Positions 1 to 10,549 of a DNA stretch of 64,000 nucleotides are shown piece by piece. The DNA comes from Bacteroidota bacterium (GTDB taxonomy: Bacteria > Bacteroidota > Bacteroidia > Bacteroidales > WCHB1-69). The stretch spans positions 5,056 to 69,055 of the forward strand of contig JAKPTX010000022.1 in the NCBI GenBank assembly GCA_029570835.1. The letters run 5' to 3'. The notes beneath the pieces are model-generated. The model was not told where the DNA came from. It searched no databases and worked only from the letters and a program-made list of their open reading frames with translations. Positions within the stretch are counted from its first letter, which is position 1; each line of letters begins with the position of its first letter. Position numbers and translations under genes: made by a program.

Positions 1-1084
1 TTGTTTGAGGATCTTTTTCTGAATTGTAAGCGGCTTTTAAGTCCGGTAGATAGTGTAAATAGTGCGTATCGGCAATATATTGGGCAGCACGGACACGCAC
101 TTGGGGGTCGGCATCGAACAATAAGCCCTGTACCCATCGTTTTGCAGACCACGAGTGTTTTGATTGCAACCAATCCAGCGCTACGATTTTTTCTTCCGGT
201 GAGCCATACAAAAATGTCTGATAATAGGCTGATTCTTGCTTTAAGTCGCTGACACTCATTAAGATTTCGCGGTTGAATATGTCGGGATTAACTACCTCAG
301 ACTTGTATTCTTTGAGTGGTAGATTTAATGTCCAGCGCACCATACGAGGAATCATCCAGATCATACCCGGAGTTGCTTCAGGATGTGCGATGGAACTAAA
401 AACCCGACCTTTACCGTAGTAATTGGTTATAAAAAAAGGTTTGTTGTTGGTCATATTTTTGGGAGCATTACCTTCTTCGTGGACATCACTCTCCATAATA
501 GCCAAAGTTTTATATGAGATGGTATCACTTTTATTTTTTACAAAAACGGGACCTTCGTAGTACATCACATACAAAGTATCGCGATTTGCAAGCTCAGGGA
601 ATATCTTTTTGCCTTCTTCTGTGAGCGTGAATTTGGATATACCGTGTCCACGATTATCATGTTCAATGTCTATTGCCTGAGCTCCATTGAGTTGCATACA
701 AGCATAATCGGGAGTATTGGAAAAGAGATAGGCTCCTGCACATATCCCCACAGCTCCCCCACCGGCTGCAACAAAATCTTTGATTCGCTGCCGGTTCAAT
801 GCGCTCAAATTCAAAAACTGACGACTACCTCCGCCTCCGGGAATCACAATGGCATCGATTGAATCGAGAACATTATTGGCAATATCGGCAGTGGTAATGG
901 TACGAACGTTCATTTCCGGATCTAACTTCAAAGCTGCTACTGTTTCCCAGATACAGGTTTGCGCTCCGCCATGCCCATCGAAAACAGCAACCCGAATTGT
1001 ATTGTTTTGCTCTTGAGTTGTGTTCTCTTGTTGTTTACATTGCACAAAGAATAATAAGAAAATAAACGGAAAGAATAGTCTCAT
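1..1084 (-). CDS. Secreted lipoprotein with class-I glutamine-amidotransferase-like (BPL_N/DJ-1-type) fold and C-terminal HEAT-like repeat; 3' end runs off the window
   Basis: Not in the ORF track because there is no stop in the window. Manual minus-strand translation from the ATG at 1082-1084 gives MRLFFPFIFLLFFVQCKQQ..., a signal peptide ending in Cys. It continues through AIVIPGGGGSRQ and AAGGGAVGICAGAYL (GATase1-like elbow) to DADPQVRVRAAQYIAD. The frame stays open to base 1. Confidence 0.55.
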   Translation of the reverse strand, partial: MRLFFPFIFLLFFVQCKQQENTTQEQNNTIRVAVFDGHGGAQTCIWETVAALKLDPEMNVRTITTADIANNVLDSIDAIVIPGGGGSRQFLNLSALNRQRIKDFVAAGGGAVGICAGAYLFSNTPDYACMQLNGAQAIDIEHDNRGHGISKFTLTEEGKKIFPELANRDTLYVMYYEGPVFVKNKSDTISYKTLAIMESDVHEEGNAPKNMTNNKPFFITNYYGKGRVFSSIAHPEATPGMIWMIPRMVRWTLNLPLKEYKSEVVNPDIFNREILMSVSDLKQESAYYQTFLYGSPEEKIVALDWLQSKHSWSAKRWVQGLLFDADPQVRVRAAQYIADTHYLHYLPDLKAAYNSEKDPQT

Positions 1085-1129
1085 AATTTTTTACACTTTT
1101 TAATTAAATATTAATTAAAATTATTTATT

Positions 1130-2086
1130 TTAGAACCCTGCAAGGTTAAGGAAAAGAAGTGAACCTACAGAAATGATAATCCACAATGAGACACCGAGAA
1201 CAAAGCTACGAGGACCTGATTTTCTGATTTCTGCAACAGTTATATTGGAGCCAATGAGGAATAATGCTACTACCATACCGCGTCTGCCCAACCAACTAAA
1301 ATGAGCATAACTTTCTTGCATGGATGGAAAAATATTGGCAAAAATAATGGCTAACACAAAAATAAAGATAAACCAGGGAATTTTAATCGATTTTTTATCT
1401 TCTGTTTTGTTCACAAAAGCGATAACCAATGCCAATGGGATAATCCACAAGGCACGGATCAGTTTTACCGTAGTAGCAACTTGCAGTGCTTTTTCTCCAT
1501 AAATAGCTCCTGCACCCACTACCGAGCTGGTATCGTGGATGGCAATGGCTGCCCAGTTTCCAAAGGCTTCCTGACTGAGTCCCAATTTGTGCCCAATAGG
1601 CGGAAAAATAAAAAGTGCAATTGCATTCAATACAAACACCACAATTAGAGCAAATGATGTTTGATAGTTCTTGCTGTTAATAATGGGTGCAACGGCAGCA
1701 ATAGCACTTCCACCGCAAATGGCAGTACCGGTAGCAATAAGCAATGATGTATTTTTCTCCACTTTCAGCAATTTTCCCAATGCAATACCCAAAAACATTA
1801 CAACAGTAACAGAAATAATAGTTTCAATAAAACCCGCTTTGGATGATTGTATCACATCGCTAAGACTCATACCAAATCCCATTAAAACAATGGAAACTTG
1901 CAGCGTCTTCGACGTATATTTGTGTAAGCTATCGTGCTTAATCCCGATGAAAGAAAATACCAAACCGATAAATAACGCTATTGCCGGTGAAATAAACGGC
2001 ATAAAACAGAGCACGATAACGATGGAATAGAGCCATTGGCTACTTCTCAGATTTTCTAAAAAATTAGTAAAATTATTATTATTCAT
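1130..2086 (-). CDS. YeiH/UPF0324-family membrane protein (putative sulfate exporter family transporter)
   Basis: 318 aa and strongly hydrophobic, with about 10 TM segments. The motif TAICGGSAIAAVAPI is typical of the YeiH family. A CAAAAGTA promoter box lies 22 nt upstream. Confidence 0.75.
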   Translation of the reverse strand: MNNNNFTNFLENLRSSQWLYSIVIVLCFMPFISPAIALFIGLVFSFIGIKHDSLHKYTSKTLQVSIVLMGFGMSLSDVIQSSKAGFIETIISVTVVMFLGIALGKLLKVEKNTSLLIATGTAICGGSAIAAVAPIINSKNYQTSFALIVVFVLNAIALFIFPPIGHKLGLSQEAFGNWAAIAIHDTSSVVGAGAIYGEKALQVATTVKLIRALWIIPLALVIAFVNKTEDKKSIKIPWFIFIFVLAIIFANIFPSMQESYAHFSWLGRRGMVVALFLIGSNITVAEIRKSGPRSFVLGVSLWIIISVGSLLFLNLAGF

Positions 2087-2107
2087 GTAGTACTTTTTTT
2101 AAACTTG

Positions 2108-2115
2108 CAAAAGTA
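2108..2115 (-). promoter_or_regulatory. Bacteroidota -7 box (TAnnTTTG) for the YeiH-like gene
   Basis: Plus-strand CAAAAGTA is TACTTTTG on the minus strand, 22 nt upstream of the ATG at 2086. Confidence 0.45.
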
Positions 2116-2361
2116 CATTTTTTTGTAAAAAAATGCAAATTAAATATAACCTTTCCTGTGGCAATCTTTTTACATTCTTCAGTTTGAAACTGATCGTGGG
2201 AGACTGTAATCATTTGGGTTTGATTTTGGGTTTCTGATACACGATTTGGCTTTAAGGTTTAGTAGTATCCGGTTGGTATGATTTTGGGCAGTGGTATACC
2301 CTTCCGTCCCCCCCCTTATTTTTTTATTTTATAAAAGTAGAAATTAATAAACTTAAAAGTG

Positions 2362-2369
2362 CAAAGATA
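2362..2369 (-). promoter_or_regulatory. Orphan -7-box-like motif (TATCTTTG on minus strand) with no annotated gene behind it
   Basis: Plus-strand CAAAGATA. It points into the ORF-poor 2116-2360 spacer. Confidence 0.25.
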
Positions 2370-2411
2370 GTGGTTTTCGTGTCAATTATTTATCTTTTTC
2401 TGCAATTTATT

Positions 2412-2444
2412 GAAAAAAAGAGCCACCCGTGTAAGAGTAGCTCT
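2412..2444 (-). terminator. Rho-independent terminator downstream of the 2612-aa gene
   Basis: The minus-strand RNA has an 8-bp stem AGAGCUAC/GUGGCUCU (one G:U) and a 10-nt loop. It is followed by U7 (the A-run at 2413-2419 on the plus strand). Confidence 0.55.
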
Positions 2445-2473
2445 TTCAAAAATATGAAGTGTGTTATTTACAC

Positions 2474-5400
2474 TTATTGTTTCACAAACTTTTTGGTTAT
2501 TACACCTTGAGGCGTTTCGATATTTACAAAGTAAACACCTGCAGCATAATTAGTTACATCTAAAGTCATCGCTTCATCTTGAATGACAGTTTGATGCATC
2601 AATTTGCCGTACATGTCATAAATATTACATTCAGACATCATAAAGAGATCATTATCAAACCTCAATTCTATTGTTGCCGAAGTAGGATTAGGGAATAGTT
2701 GAACTGCTTGGGTCAACTCATTTTCATCAATACCCACGGTGAAGTCCACATGAATTGTATGATTATCTTGAACGTCAGTAAAGGTATAGGTATCAGTAAT
2801 AGGTTGTGGTTGGTTATCCACTATTATAGTTCCGATCTGGTAGCCTGAAGCAGGTTCAAAAGTAAAGGTTTGAGAAGCACCGGCTACCACTGTTACCGCA
2901 CCTGAAGGAGTAATTGTTCCGTTTGGTCCGGCAGTAGCTGTAATGGTATAAGTTATTTCTCCTCCTTCGGTTATAAATGAAACCGGGTCTGTAAAATCAC
3001 TCTCACTATCTGTACAAATTGCTTTGACACGCACATGATAGTTTGAATTGCTTTGTAATCCGTTCATCGTATATGAAGTTGTTGTTGTGGTAGCGGTTGT
3101 CCAGTTAGTAGCAGATACCAGTTTGTAATCCACTTGCCATGAAGTTTCAGAACCGCCAGGAGTCCATGTAGCTATGGCAGACTGTGCAGTAATATTAGTT
3201 ACTTGCAGATTTGTAGGAGTATCGCAAGGTGGAACTGCTCCCATAGAAATAGCAAAATTATCCACTGCTGCAGGCGGATTATTGTGAATACTACCATCAC
3301 TTCTCCACATGAAGTAAACTCTCTTAGTTTCACCGGAATAAGTAACAGCACTCAATTGATGTGTTTCTGTAATCCAGGAAGCTGATGTTTGTGTTTGTGT
3401 TAGGTTACCTCCCAATTGAATTGCATTGGAAGGAATAACATTCGAACCCGTTGCGCTAGCAGTTGGTGTTTGAAGGTCACCTATATAGAGAGCCAAATAG
3501 TCATAACCCACTTCTCCGCGACATTTCCAGTCATAAGTTAGGGTATAATCGCTAGTTGATGGCGTGAAATATACATCCCTGTAAGCCCATACGATGCTAA
3601 AAGGTGAACTATAGCTATTGGTTTGTCCGCCATCATTGGAAATATACAATCCATAAGCACCCAAAGGAGTGTTGTTCACTTCGGTAGCATTTCCGATAAC
3701 CCAAGCATTACCGGTTGCATTATTGGCAAATTGGAAATCCGAAGTTGTCTCAAAATCGAAAAGGAATGGTACATTCACAGGAATTTGATTTGTAGAGAAA
3801 GTTACCTTTTCAGACCACGCACTTTGATCTCCAGGACCACAATTAGCTCTAACGTAAACATCATAAGTGGTTACATCATCCAAGTTGGTAAGGATATATG
3901 GATTGGTTACTGAAGGAATTAAAGTTCCGGTACCTTGGGTAAATCCGACTTCTCCATATTCAATATCAAAAGAAATTGCATTAGCGGCTCCACTCCAGGA
4001 TACGTTTGCTGAAGAGGAAGTGATATTACTCACTTGTACATTATTTGGCGAAGGACAACTTGGAGTGTACTCCAAACTGAAGTCATCCATTGTCAGATAC
4101 CATGGGTTGGTATTCGCCTGACAATAAATTGAGAAATAATAGGTATCAGTAGTAGTTGGCACAAATGTTGTCTGTACTTTTTGATAAACGGTATTATTGG
4201 GAGTAGTAATTGTATTTAATACCTGAAGCTGATTAGTAGCATCCTGTCCTGAACAAACTGCCGTTTCCAAGGTTTGCCATCCGGAGATTCCATCGGTTAT
4301 ATACCAGAAAGAGAAATCGTAGCTAACTCCGGCTTCCAGTTCAAATCCCGGAGTAAAGAAGCGGTCGTTACATCCCCATGAAAAGTATGCAGCGGCACTA
4401 CCATTTCTGGCATTTCTGTTATAGGAGTTATAATTTGTTATTTGAGTATTGGTTTTTGAAGTAAAGTTAGTGGCAGCCCAACATGCCGGTAATGTAGCAG
4501 GGGCTGTTAATGATTCAAAACCTTCATCCCATGGGATAATAGTTATCGGTGCACAAGCTGTCAGCACTGTAATTTCGTTCGAGTAAGCACTTTGTTCACC
4601 GATACAATCTGACATCACTCTAAATTTATAAGAAGTAGCGGGATCCAGATTAGTTATTGTGTATGGATTTTGAGAAACATTGACTGTTTGCCAAGTTGTT
4701 TCAACTGCTTTTTTATACTCAATCACCCATTGTGTAGCAGTTCCATTTTCTGTCCATGCCAAGTCAACACTACTTGAAGTAACATTAGAAGAAGTTAATT
4801 GACTAGGAGTAGTACAGTTCACTACTTCGATAGCAATATTATCCACTACTGCAGGGGGTTGGTCAGCAGTTGAACGGTCATTTCGCCAGTGGAAATAGAG
4901 TCTCCAGGTGTTGCCTCCAAGGTCGGTAAACTGATCAGATTTAATTAAGAACTGTTTATGTTGCCAAGTAGTTTGTCTGCTTAACCAATGTTCACCTGTT
5001 CCACCGGTATAGTTACCTATTTGTGCTGCTGCATCATAGTTAACACCATTTACTGTCGGTGGATTTTGTCCGGCAGTGAATGGAATATTACGAGGAGCCA
5101 TATAAACACGTAAGAAATCGTAATTATATTCATAACCATTGGCTTTCCAGTCAAAGTCAAGTTTAATCTCAGTAGTTCCAACGGGTACTTCTATATCTAT
5201 GTAAGCGTACACCCTGGAAGCGTTATTACCACTTCCGGGGGTATATACCCAGGTAGCACCACCATCATTAGAGATATACAAAGCATTTTCACCTCCGGGT
5301 GTATTGTTTACATTCGGGTTATTTGTTGCATTACCAATATACCATTTATTAATTTGAGTTCCATTTTTAAAAGCAAAATCACCATGGGTTAGAGGATTTT

Positions 5401-8400
5401 CAAAATCGTTAGAATATGGTAATTGAACAGGAGTTGGATAGGTAGCAACTGTAATTGGATTGCTGTACTCGCTGTAGGTACCGCCACAATCTGATTGAAC
5501 ATAGATATCATAAGTAGTATTAGGAGTTAATCCTTGTAAAGTATATGGATTTGTTGTTGCTGTTTCAACATATCCTGCACCAGGGGTAAATCCTGCAGGA
5601 CCATACTCAATATTCCATGAAGCAGATGTTCCGTTTTCAACCCAGGAAAGGTTCAAAGAGGATTCTGTAATAGCTGATGCCATTAAAGAAGAAGGACGCA
5701 TACAAGGGCTGTAATTCACGACTTGGAAATTATCAATATGCAGATCATTATCTGTTCCTGCTACATTTTGGAATGCAAAGAAAGCAAATTTCACCAGGCC
5801 TGTATAAGGCATTTGGGTATTAGGATCAATTAACGCAATCGATTGAGTTTGCAATGTATTATTGATTGAATTAAAACCTATTCCGGTACCACTATTATTC
5901 CATTCTCTTAAGATTCCGTCAGAGTTCCAGGTCAGACCATTATCTGTTGATATCAACACTACAAAACGGGCAGAACTATTTTGATCCAAATTACCCGGAT
6001 TAGCATTGTAGTATGCTGTAGCTGCCAATTCGAAATCAATTTGATAAGTTTGTGAACCATTTCCTAAGTCGTAGGTTGGCGTAATTAACCAATAGTCCAC
6101 ACTAGTGGAATAGTAATTCACGGCAGCTGTATTCCCTGATAAAGTAGTACGAATATTCCATCCACCGGCCATATCTGACAAAACAGCATTTCCTGTTGCA
6201 GGAAGGGGACCTCTTTTTCTTGCCCAACAAACGTTGGGTGGCATGCTATTAAATGATTCAACCACTGTAGGGGGAGTTAGAGGAGCACATGGAGTAGTAA
6301 ATGAGGTAGCCATAGAAAAGTCACTAGTCTCTCCAGCACTACAATTAGTTTGAACTTTAAATTGATAAGTTGTAATCGGGGTTAACTGACCCAAAGTATA
6401 AGGGGGAGTCACGTTATAGATAGTAGTCCACGATGCATCAGTAGAAGCTTTATACTCCAAATTATAATCAATTGCACTTCCCACTGTTGGGGCACTCCAA
6501 TTCAACTCATAAGTATAAGCATCTATCTCAGTTGCAGTCAAGTTAAATGGAGACATACATGTTGGTAAATAATCCACGGTCAAGCTATCATATCTATTAT
6601 TATGCCAAGAAGCATTTGCATTATATTTAATTGCAATTCTTTCACTTCCCGTTAATGGATTATCAGTCATCAAATTCACAAAAAACCAACCCACATTGGC
6701 AGGAATATTAACACTGGCAACCTCAACAAATGAAGCAGGATTCGTAGGATCAATGATATATCCAAATTTATGATTATCACTACCACCCAAGTATTTAAAT
6801 CCAACTCTTAAAGTATTGATCGGCTCATCAATCTTAGGAAGAATGATAAAGCAATCTCCACTTGATCCATAATCAAATGCCATTTCCAAAACTTTACCGA
6901 CACCAGGAGCTTCTGTTTCATAATCGATAACATGACAGTGAGTATAAGTAGAGATAATTTTATCATAACATGTAGGAATAGCCCCAATAGGTGTGGTTTC
7001 AAAGTCCTCAACATAAGGCAATTGTGTAATCACATCGCATAATGTACTGGCAGTTAACTCCGGAGTATATGGACTTACACTTCCATCATTACAAACTGCT
7101 TGAACTCTAAACTTATAGGTTGTATTTTGTGTTAACCCGGAAACAGTGTATGGTTGATTCACATAGTTGATCACATTCCAACTTGTTTCCGAAACCTCCT
7201 TATATTCAACATTATAAGAAGGAGCATTTCCAATCCAATTAAGTTCTATTTCATTGATATCAACACCCACCATAGTCAATCCTGAAGGTTCCGGACAAGA
7301 TGGTTGTACCATCATGGTAATACTGTCTAAAAGAGCATAGTGTTGGGCAGGCATTTGAATTTGGATTGCTACTCTTTCGCTACCAGACAATGTTTCATTA
7401 CTCATAATATCGTAACTATGCCAAGCGCCACTATTACTTAAGAGAACATTATGGATCTCTACAAATGATGCCGTATCTGTTATATCAGAGATATAACCTA
7501 TTTTGAATAAGTGATTTGCACCTCCAAAATATTTGAATTTAATTCTCAAGTTATTTACCGGTTCAATAGTTGCAGGTAAAATAAAGAAGGAATAGTTTTC
7601 CACACCCTCAGAAGATAGTTGAATCATCTTTTTATTTGAGAATGTTACTGTTTTAACGTAAGCAGGACCTGTCGTTAGCTTACTAAAGCAAAGTGGAATA
7701 TCATTAACTTCGGTATTTGCAAAGTTCTCAACAAGGGGTAAAGTTTCAAATGGTTCACAACCTGTAACAAATTGGCGGGTTACAGTCCAGGAACTTTCAT
7801 CCCCTGCACTACAAACTGCACGCACTTTTACCAGATAAGAGGTAGCGGGTTCCAAGTTATATAGTGTATGTATTGTATCATAAGCTGATTCGTATGTCCA
7901 ATCGGCATCATTGTCATCAGCCTCCTTGTATGCTACTTCCCATACTGACTCTTGACCTCCTCTTTCCCATGTAACAGTTGCAGAATATTGATCAGTAGTA
8001 ACCACAGCAAGCGAGCTATATGGTGGGGCAGGACAAGTAGAAGGATAGTCAATAGAAACAGCGTCTAAAAACATATTCCCATACCAATCTGAAGTACCTT
8101 CAAAAATGATATGGGTAAAATAGCCTACCGGAATTATTGCAGTATATTGATACCAACCCGGACCTTCTTCTGCAGGGGCTTGAGAATAAACCCGTTGAAC
8201 CGTAGTCAACAATGTTGCACCCACATTGTTATTGGCATTATTGGCATAAACCCTGAGTGCTCCATTCGTATAACCGTTGTTATAGTCTTGTCTATAAAAC
8301 CAAAATTTCACCTCCATGCCCTCCGACAGATTATCAAATTCAGGAGTTGCAAGATATCCTACAGCACCTGAACCGTATGAATAGCCTGCAAAGCGTGCCA

Positions 8401-10312
8401 TACCTGAACCTTCAAAAGGGGTTGTTGAGGGATTGCTCCCGTATGTCACGAAATCAAAAGAATTAGAAGAACTATTAGTCCAACAGATTGGAAGTGAAGT
8501 TGAGTTAAAGTTCTCTTCAAAAGGTACAGAAGTAGGAATACATGGAGTTTGAAAACTTACTAATCCTCCAAGCAATGTATCAATATCAACAATAGCATAG
8601 GCTTGATAATGATATGAAGATGATGGATCAATTCCCTGAAGATCATAGCTCATAGGGGTACTATATACTTGAACGTAGTTCCAGGTTGTTTGATTGGTTT
8701 TCTTGTATCTAAACCCACTTTCCCATGGAGTACAATTTTCATAAGAACCGTTCAATTGTACAGAGTATGCAGTAATGTCTGTAGCCGGTTCAGTATAAAC
8801 AATTCCACCGCAATATGCTACTGCACTAACGCCTGTAGGTGTTACATTAGTTTGCGGTAGGATCACCGTACCGTTAACATCCAATATAGAGACAAGCATT
8901 GATGATGGAGAGCTACCATCCTGGGTTCTAATAACAGTAATTTGGTTGCCTGTTGATGCCGAGAACTCAACAGACACAGGACCGGTTCCGCTTGTAAAAG
9001 TAGAACCTACATCTGTAAGAACCTCATTCCCGTCTACCAAAACTTTTGCTGTTCCACCACTCCACCCTGTTGTCATATATGAACTAAGTTTCAATGTATG
9101 CGTACAAGACTCAGAAATTGTTCTGGAGCCGATTGGTTCTGATACATCCGGAGCATAAGGTACACCATCAATAGTAGCACTAATAAAAGCTCCATCCACC
9201 AAATTGCCTAATGTAGCATTGGCATTGATATCATAGGTGAGCCATAAGTATGAAGTTCCACAAGGAATTGTTTGTTGACCGGTAAAGGTCATATTGGTAT
9301 TGGCTCCCGGAGGTGTTGCAATAGTAGATCCAAACTGATTTGTTGGCGAAAAGGATGCCGAAGTTCCCGTATAATAAACCTTAGCATTTGAAATGTCACT
9401 TACTGAAGTTGTACCATTAGTTTGAAAAACCATTTGAGAAAGTTGTACTTCTTCGAAAGTAGATACTTTAATTTTTAGTACATGTTGATTGGTTCCACCA
9501 GCAGTAGTGTGAGCAGTAGATTGATAAGTAAAAAGCTCAACATTTCCAGCCGGAGCTGAACTTGTAAATAATGTGTTACATGTAGGAGCATAATCAGTGC
9601 CAAACACTTCACCGGCAATGCCAACTGTAGGAACTAAATCTTTGTATCCGTCACCATCAGTATCGGTATTGATATCATCCATCTCATAATAACAAACTAA
9701 ATTTGCGAAATTAGGATGAGAGACATCAACAGACTGATTATAATAAGCTGCAATATCAGTTTCAGAAACTGCTACATTCCAAATTCTTACTTCATCAATT
9801 CTCCCTTGAAAATAACGTGAGGTATAACTATAACAACGCCCAATTTCGATAGGGGTTGAATTGGTTCCAATAACTCCTGTATATGTGAGAGTATTGGATT
9901 GAAGTTGTCCATTAATATAAATTTTCAATGTACTACCATTAAATACCCCTGCTACATGTTGCCAAGTATTCAACTGTAGAGCCCCGGGAACTGAATTTAT
10001 CTCTTTCCAACCAACGGGAGTACCTAAGTTGAAGTTGAGGGTTCCATTAGCACCACAACGCAACATATAACCGGAACCACCGGAAGTAGATTCCTTGTTA
10101 ATGATACATCCTTCATACACTTGAGATTTCCAGGCTGTAGGATAGATCCATGCTTCCAGCGTTACTGCAGTAGTAATATTTAGAGAAGGATCGTGCGGAA
10201 TCTGAGCGTAAGTACCGGAACCCGAGAAGCTCAGTGCGTGATTTTGTCCATGCACAATACTATATGAAAAGATCATAAACATGGAAAAAATAAATAAGAT
10301 TTTTTTACTCAT
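2474..10312 (-). CDS. Giant secreted T9SS cargo, adhesin-like. It has an N-terminal LamG/concanavalin-like domain, many FN3 and choice-of-anchor-J-like modules, a Listeria-Bacteroides repeat and a type-A T9SS C-terminal sorting domain.
   Basis: 2612 aa with signal peptide MSKKILFIFSMFMIFSYSIVHGQ. The LamG-like stretch is LTLEAWIYPTAW...GRIDEVRIWN. At least 8 FN3-like repeats occur (e.g. ...YNLEYKASTDASWTT...TTYQFKVQTNC). The C-terminus LFPNPTSATIELRF...GVYFVNIETPQGVITKKFVKQ matches the Por_Secre_tail pattern. Confidence 0.85.
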   Translation of the reverse strand: MSKKILFIFSMFMIFSYSIVHGQNHALSFSGSGTYAQIPHDPSLNITTAVTLEAWIYPTAWKSQVYEGCIINKESTSGGSGYMLRCGANGTLNFNLGTPVGWKEINSVPGALQLNTWQHVAGVFNGSTLKIYINGQLQSNTLTYTGVIGTNSTPIEIGRCYSYTSRYFQGRIDEVRIWNVAVSETDIAAYYNQSVDVSHPNFANLVCYYEMDDINTDTDGDGYKDLVPTVGIAGEVFGTDYAPTCNTLFTSSAPAGNVELFTYQSTAHTTAGGTNQHVLKIKVSTFEEVQLSQMVFQTNGTTSVSDISNAKVYYTGTSASFSPTNQFGSTIATPPGANTNMTFTGQQTIPCGTSYLWLTYDINANATLGNLVDGAFISATIDGVPYAPDVSEPIGSRTISESCTHTLKLSSYMTTGWSGGTAKVLVDGNEVLTDVGSTFTSGTGPVSVEFSASTGNQITVIRTQDGSSPSSMLVSILDVNGTVILPQTNVTPTGVSAVAYCGGIVYTEPATDITAYSVQLNGSYENCTPWESGFRYKKTNQTTWNYVQVYSTPMSYDLQGIDPSSSYHYQAYAIVDIDTLLGGLVSFQTPCIPTSVPFEENFNSTSLPICWTNSSSNSFDFVTYGSNPSTTPFEGSGMARFAGYSYGSGAVGYLATPEFDNLSEGMEVKFWFYRQDYNNGYTNGALRVYANNANNNVGATLLTTVQRVYSQAPAEEGPGWYQYTAIIPVGYFTHIIFEGTSDWYGNMFLDAVSIDYPSTCPAPPYSSLAVVTTDQYSATVTWERGGQESVWEVAYKEADDNDADWTYESAYDTIHTLYNLEPATSYLVKVRAVCSAGDESSWTVTRQFVTGCEPFETLPLVENFANTEVNDIPLCFSKLTTGPAYVKTVTFSNKKMIQLSSEGVENYSFFILPATIEPVNNLRIKFKYFGGANHLFKIGYISDITDTASFVEIHNVLLSNSGAWHSYDIMSNETLSGSERVAIQIQMPAQHYALLDSITMMVQPSCPEPSGLTMVGVDINEIELNWIGNAPSYNVEYKEVSETSWNVINYVNQPYTVSGLTQNTTYKFRVQAVCNDGSVSPYTPELTASTLCDVITQLPYVEDFETTPIGAIPTCYDKIISTYTHCHVIDYETEAPGVGKVLEMAFDYGSSGDCFIILPKIDEPINTLRVGFKYLGGSDNHKFGYIIDPTNPASFVEVASVNIPANVGWFFVNLMTDNPLTGSERIAIKYNANASWHNNRYDSLTVDYLPTCMSPFNLTATEIDAYTYELNWSAPTVGSAIDYNLEYKASTDASWTTIYNVTPPYTLGQLTPITTYQFKVQTNCSAGETSDFSMATSFTTPCAPLTPPTVVESFNSMPPNVCWARKRGPLPATGNAVLSDMAGGWNIRTTLSGNTAAVNYYSTSVDYWLITPTYDLGNGSQTYQIDFELAATAYYNANPGNLDQNSSARFVVLISTDNGLTWNSDGILREWNNSGTGIGFNSINNTLQTQSIALIDPNTQMPYTGLVKFAFFAFQNVAGTDNDLHIDNFQVVNYSPCMRPSSLMASAITESSLNLSWVENGTSASWNIEYGPAGFTPGAGYVETATTNPYTLQGLTPNTTYDIYVQSDCGGTYSEYSNPITVATYPTPVQLPYSNDFENPLTHGDFAFKNGTQINKWYIGNATNNPNVNNTPGGENALYISNDGGATWVYTPGSGNNASRVYAYIDIEVPVGTTEIKLDFDWKANGYEYNYDFLRVYMAPRNIPFTAGQNPPTVNGVNYDAAAQIGNYTGGTGEHWLSRQTTWQHKQFLIKSDQFTDLGGNTWRLYFHWRNDRSTADQPPAVVDNIAIEVVNCTTPSQLTSSNVTSSSVDLAWTENGTATQWVIEYKKAVETTWQTVNVSQNPYTITNLDPATSYKFRVMSDCIGEQSAYSNEITVLTACAPITIIPWDEGFESLTAPATLPACWAATNFTSKTNTQITNYNSYNRNARNGSAAAYFSWGCNDRFFTPGFELEAGVSYDFSFWYITDGISGWQTLETAVCSGQDATNQLQVLNTITTPNNTVYQKVQTTFVPTTTDTYYFSIYCQANTNPWYLTMDDFSLEYTPSCPSPNNVQVSNITSSSANVSWSGAANAISFDIEYGEVGFTQGTGTLIPSVTNPYILTNLDDVTTYDVYVRANCGPGDQSAWSEKVTFSTNQIPVNVPFLFDFETTSDFQFANNATGNAWVIGNATEVNNTPLGAYGLYISNDGGQTNSYSSPFSIVWAYRDVYFTPSTSDYTLTYDWKCRGEVGYDYLALYIGDLQTPTASATGSNVIPSNAIQLGGNLTQTQTSASWITETHQLSAVTYSGETKRVYFMWRSDGSIHNNPPAAVDNFAISMGAVPPCDTPTNLQVTNITAQSAIATWTPGGSETSWQVDYKLVSATNWTTATTTTTSYTMNGLQSNSNYHVRVKAICTDSESDFTDPVSFITEGGEITYTITATAGPNGTITPSGAVTVVAGASQTFTFEPASGYQIGTIIVDNQPQPITDTYTFTDVQDNHTIHVDFTVGIDENELTQAVQLFPNPTSATIELRFDNDLFMMSECNIYDMYGKLMHQTVIQDEAMTLDVTNYAAGVYFVNIETPQGVITKKFVKQ

Positions 10313-10549
10313 AACTTATAATTTATTGTTTATTATAGGATTAATGATTATTTTTAATATTTTTTAATAATTAACGTAACGATATTTTTTAATTAATAAC
10401 GGAAACTTATATTTTAATGCGCGAAGATATATCTTTTTTCTAATACATTTACATTTCTTAATATTTCTTAATATTTTTTAAGAGTTTTATTCGAACAAAT
10501 ACTCCCTTAAAATGATTTAGAAACAATCAAAAAAAAAGGAAAAATCTTA

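Noticed and set aside
1-252. 83-aa plus-strand ORF at the window edge
   Set aside because: It is antisense to the open minus-strand frame that encodes the GATase1-like lipoprotein (1-1084). That frame has a signal peptide and coherent motifs.
3203-9158. Eight plus-strand ORFs (60-96 aa) inside the 2612-aa gene
   Set aside because: All are antisense to a long, domain-rich, clearly coding minus-strand ORF. Their translations are low-complexity, so they are typical shadow ORFs.
10453-10481. ATTTCTTAAT x2 (plus a degenerate third unit) about 140 nt upstream of the 2612-aa gene
   Set aside because: It is a very AT-rich, short, imperfect repeat in an AT-rich spacer and is indistinguishable from chance low-complexity sequence.
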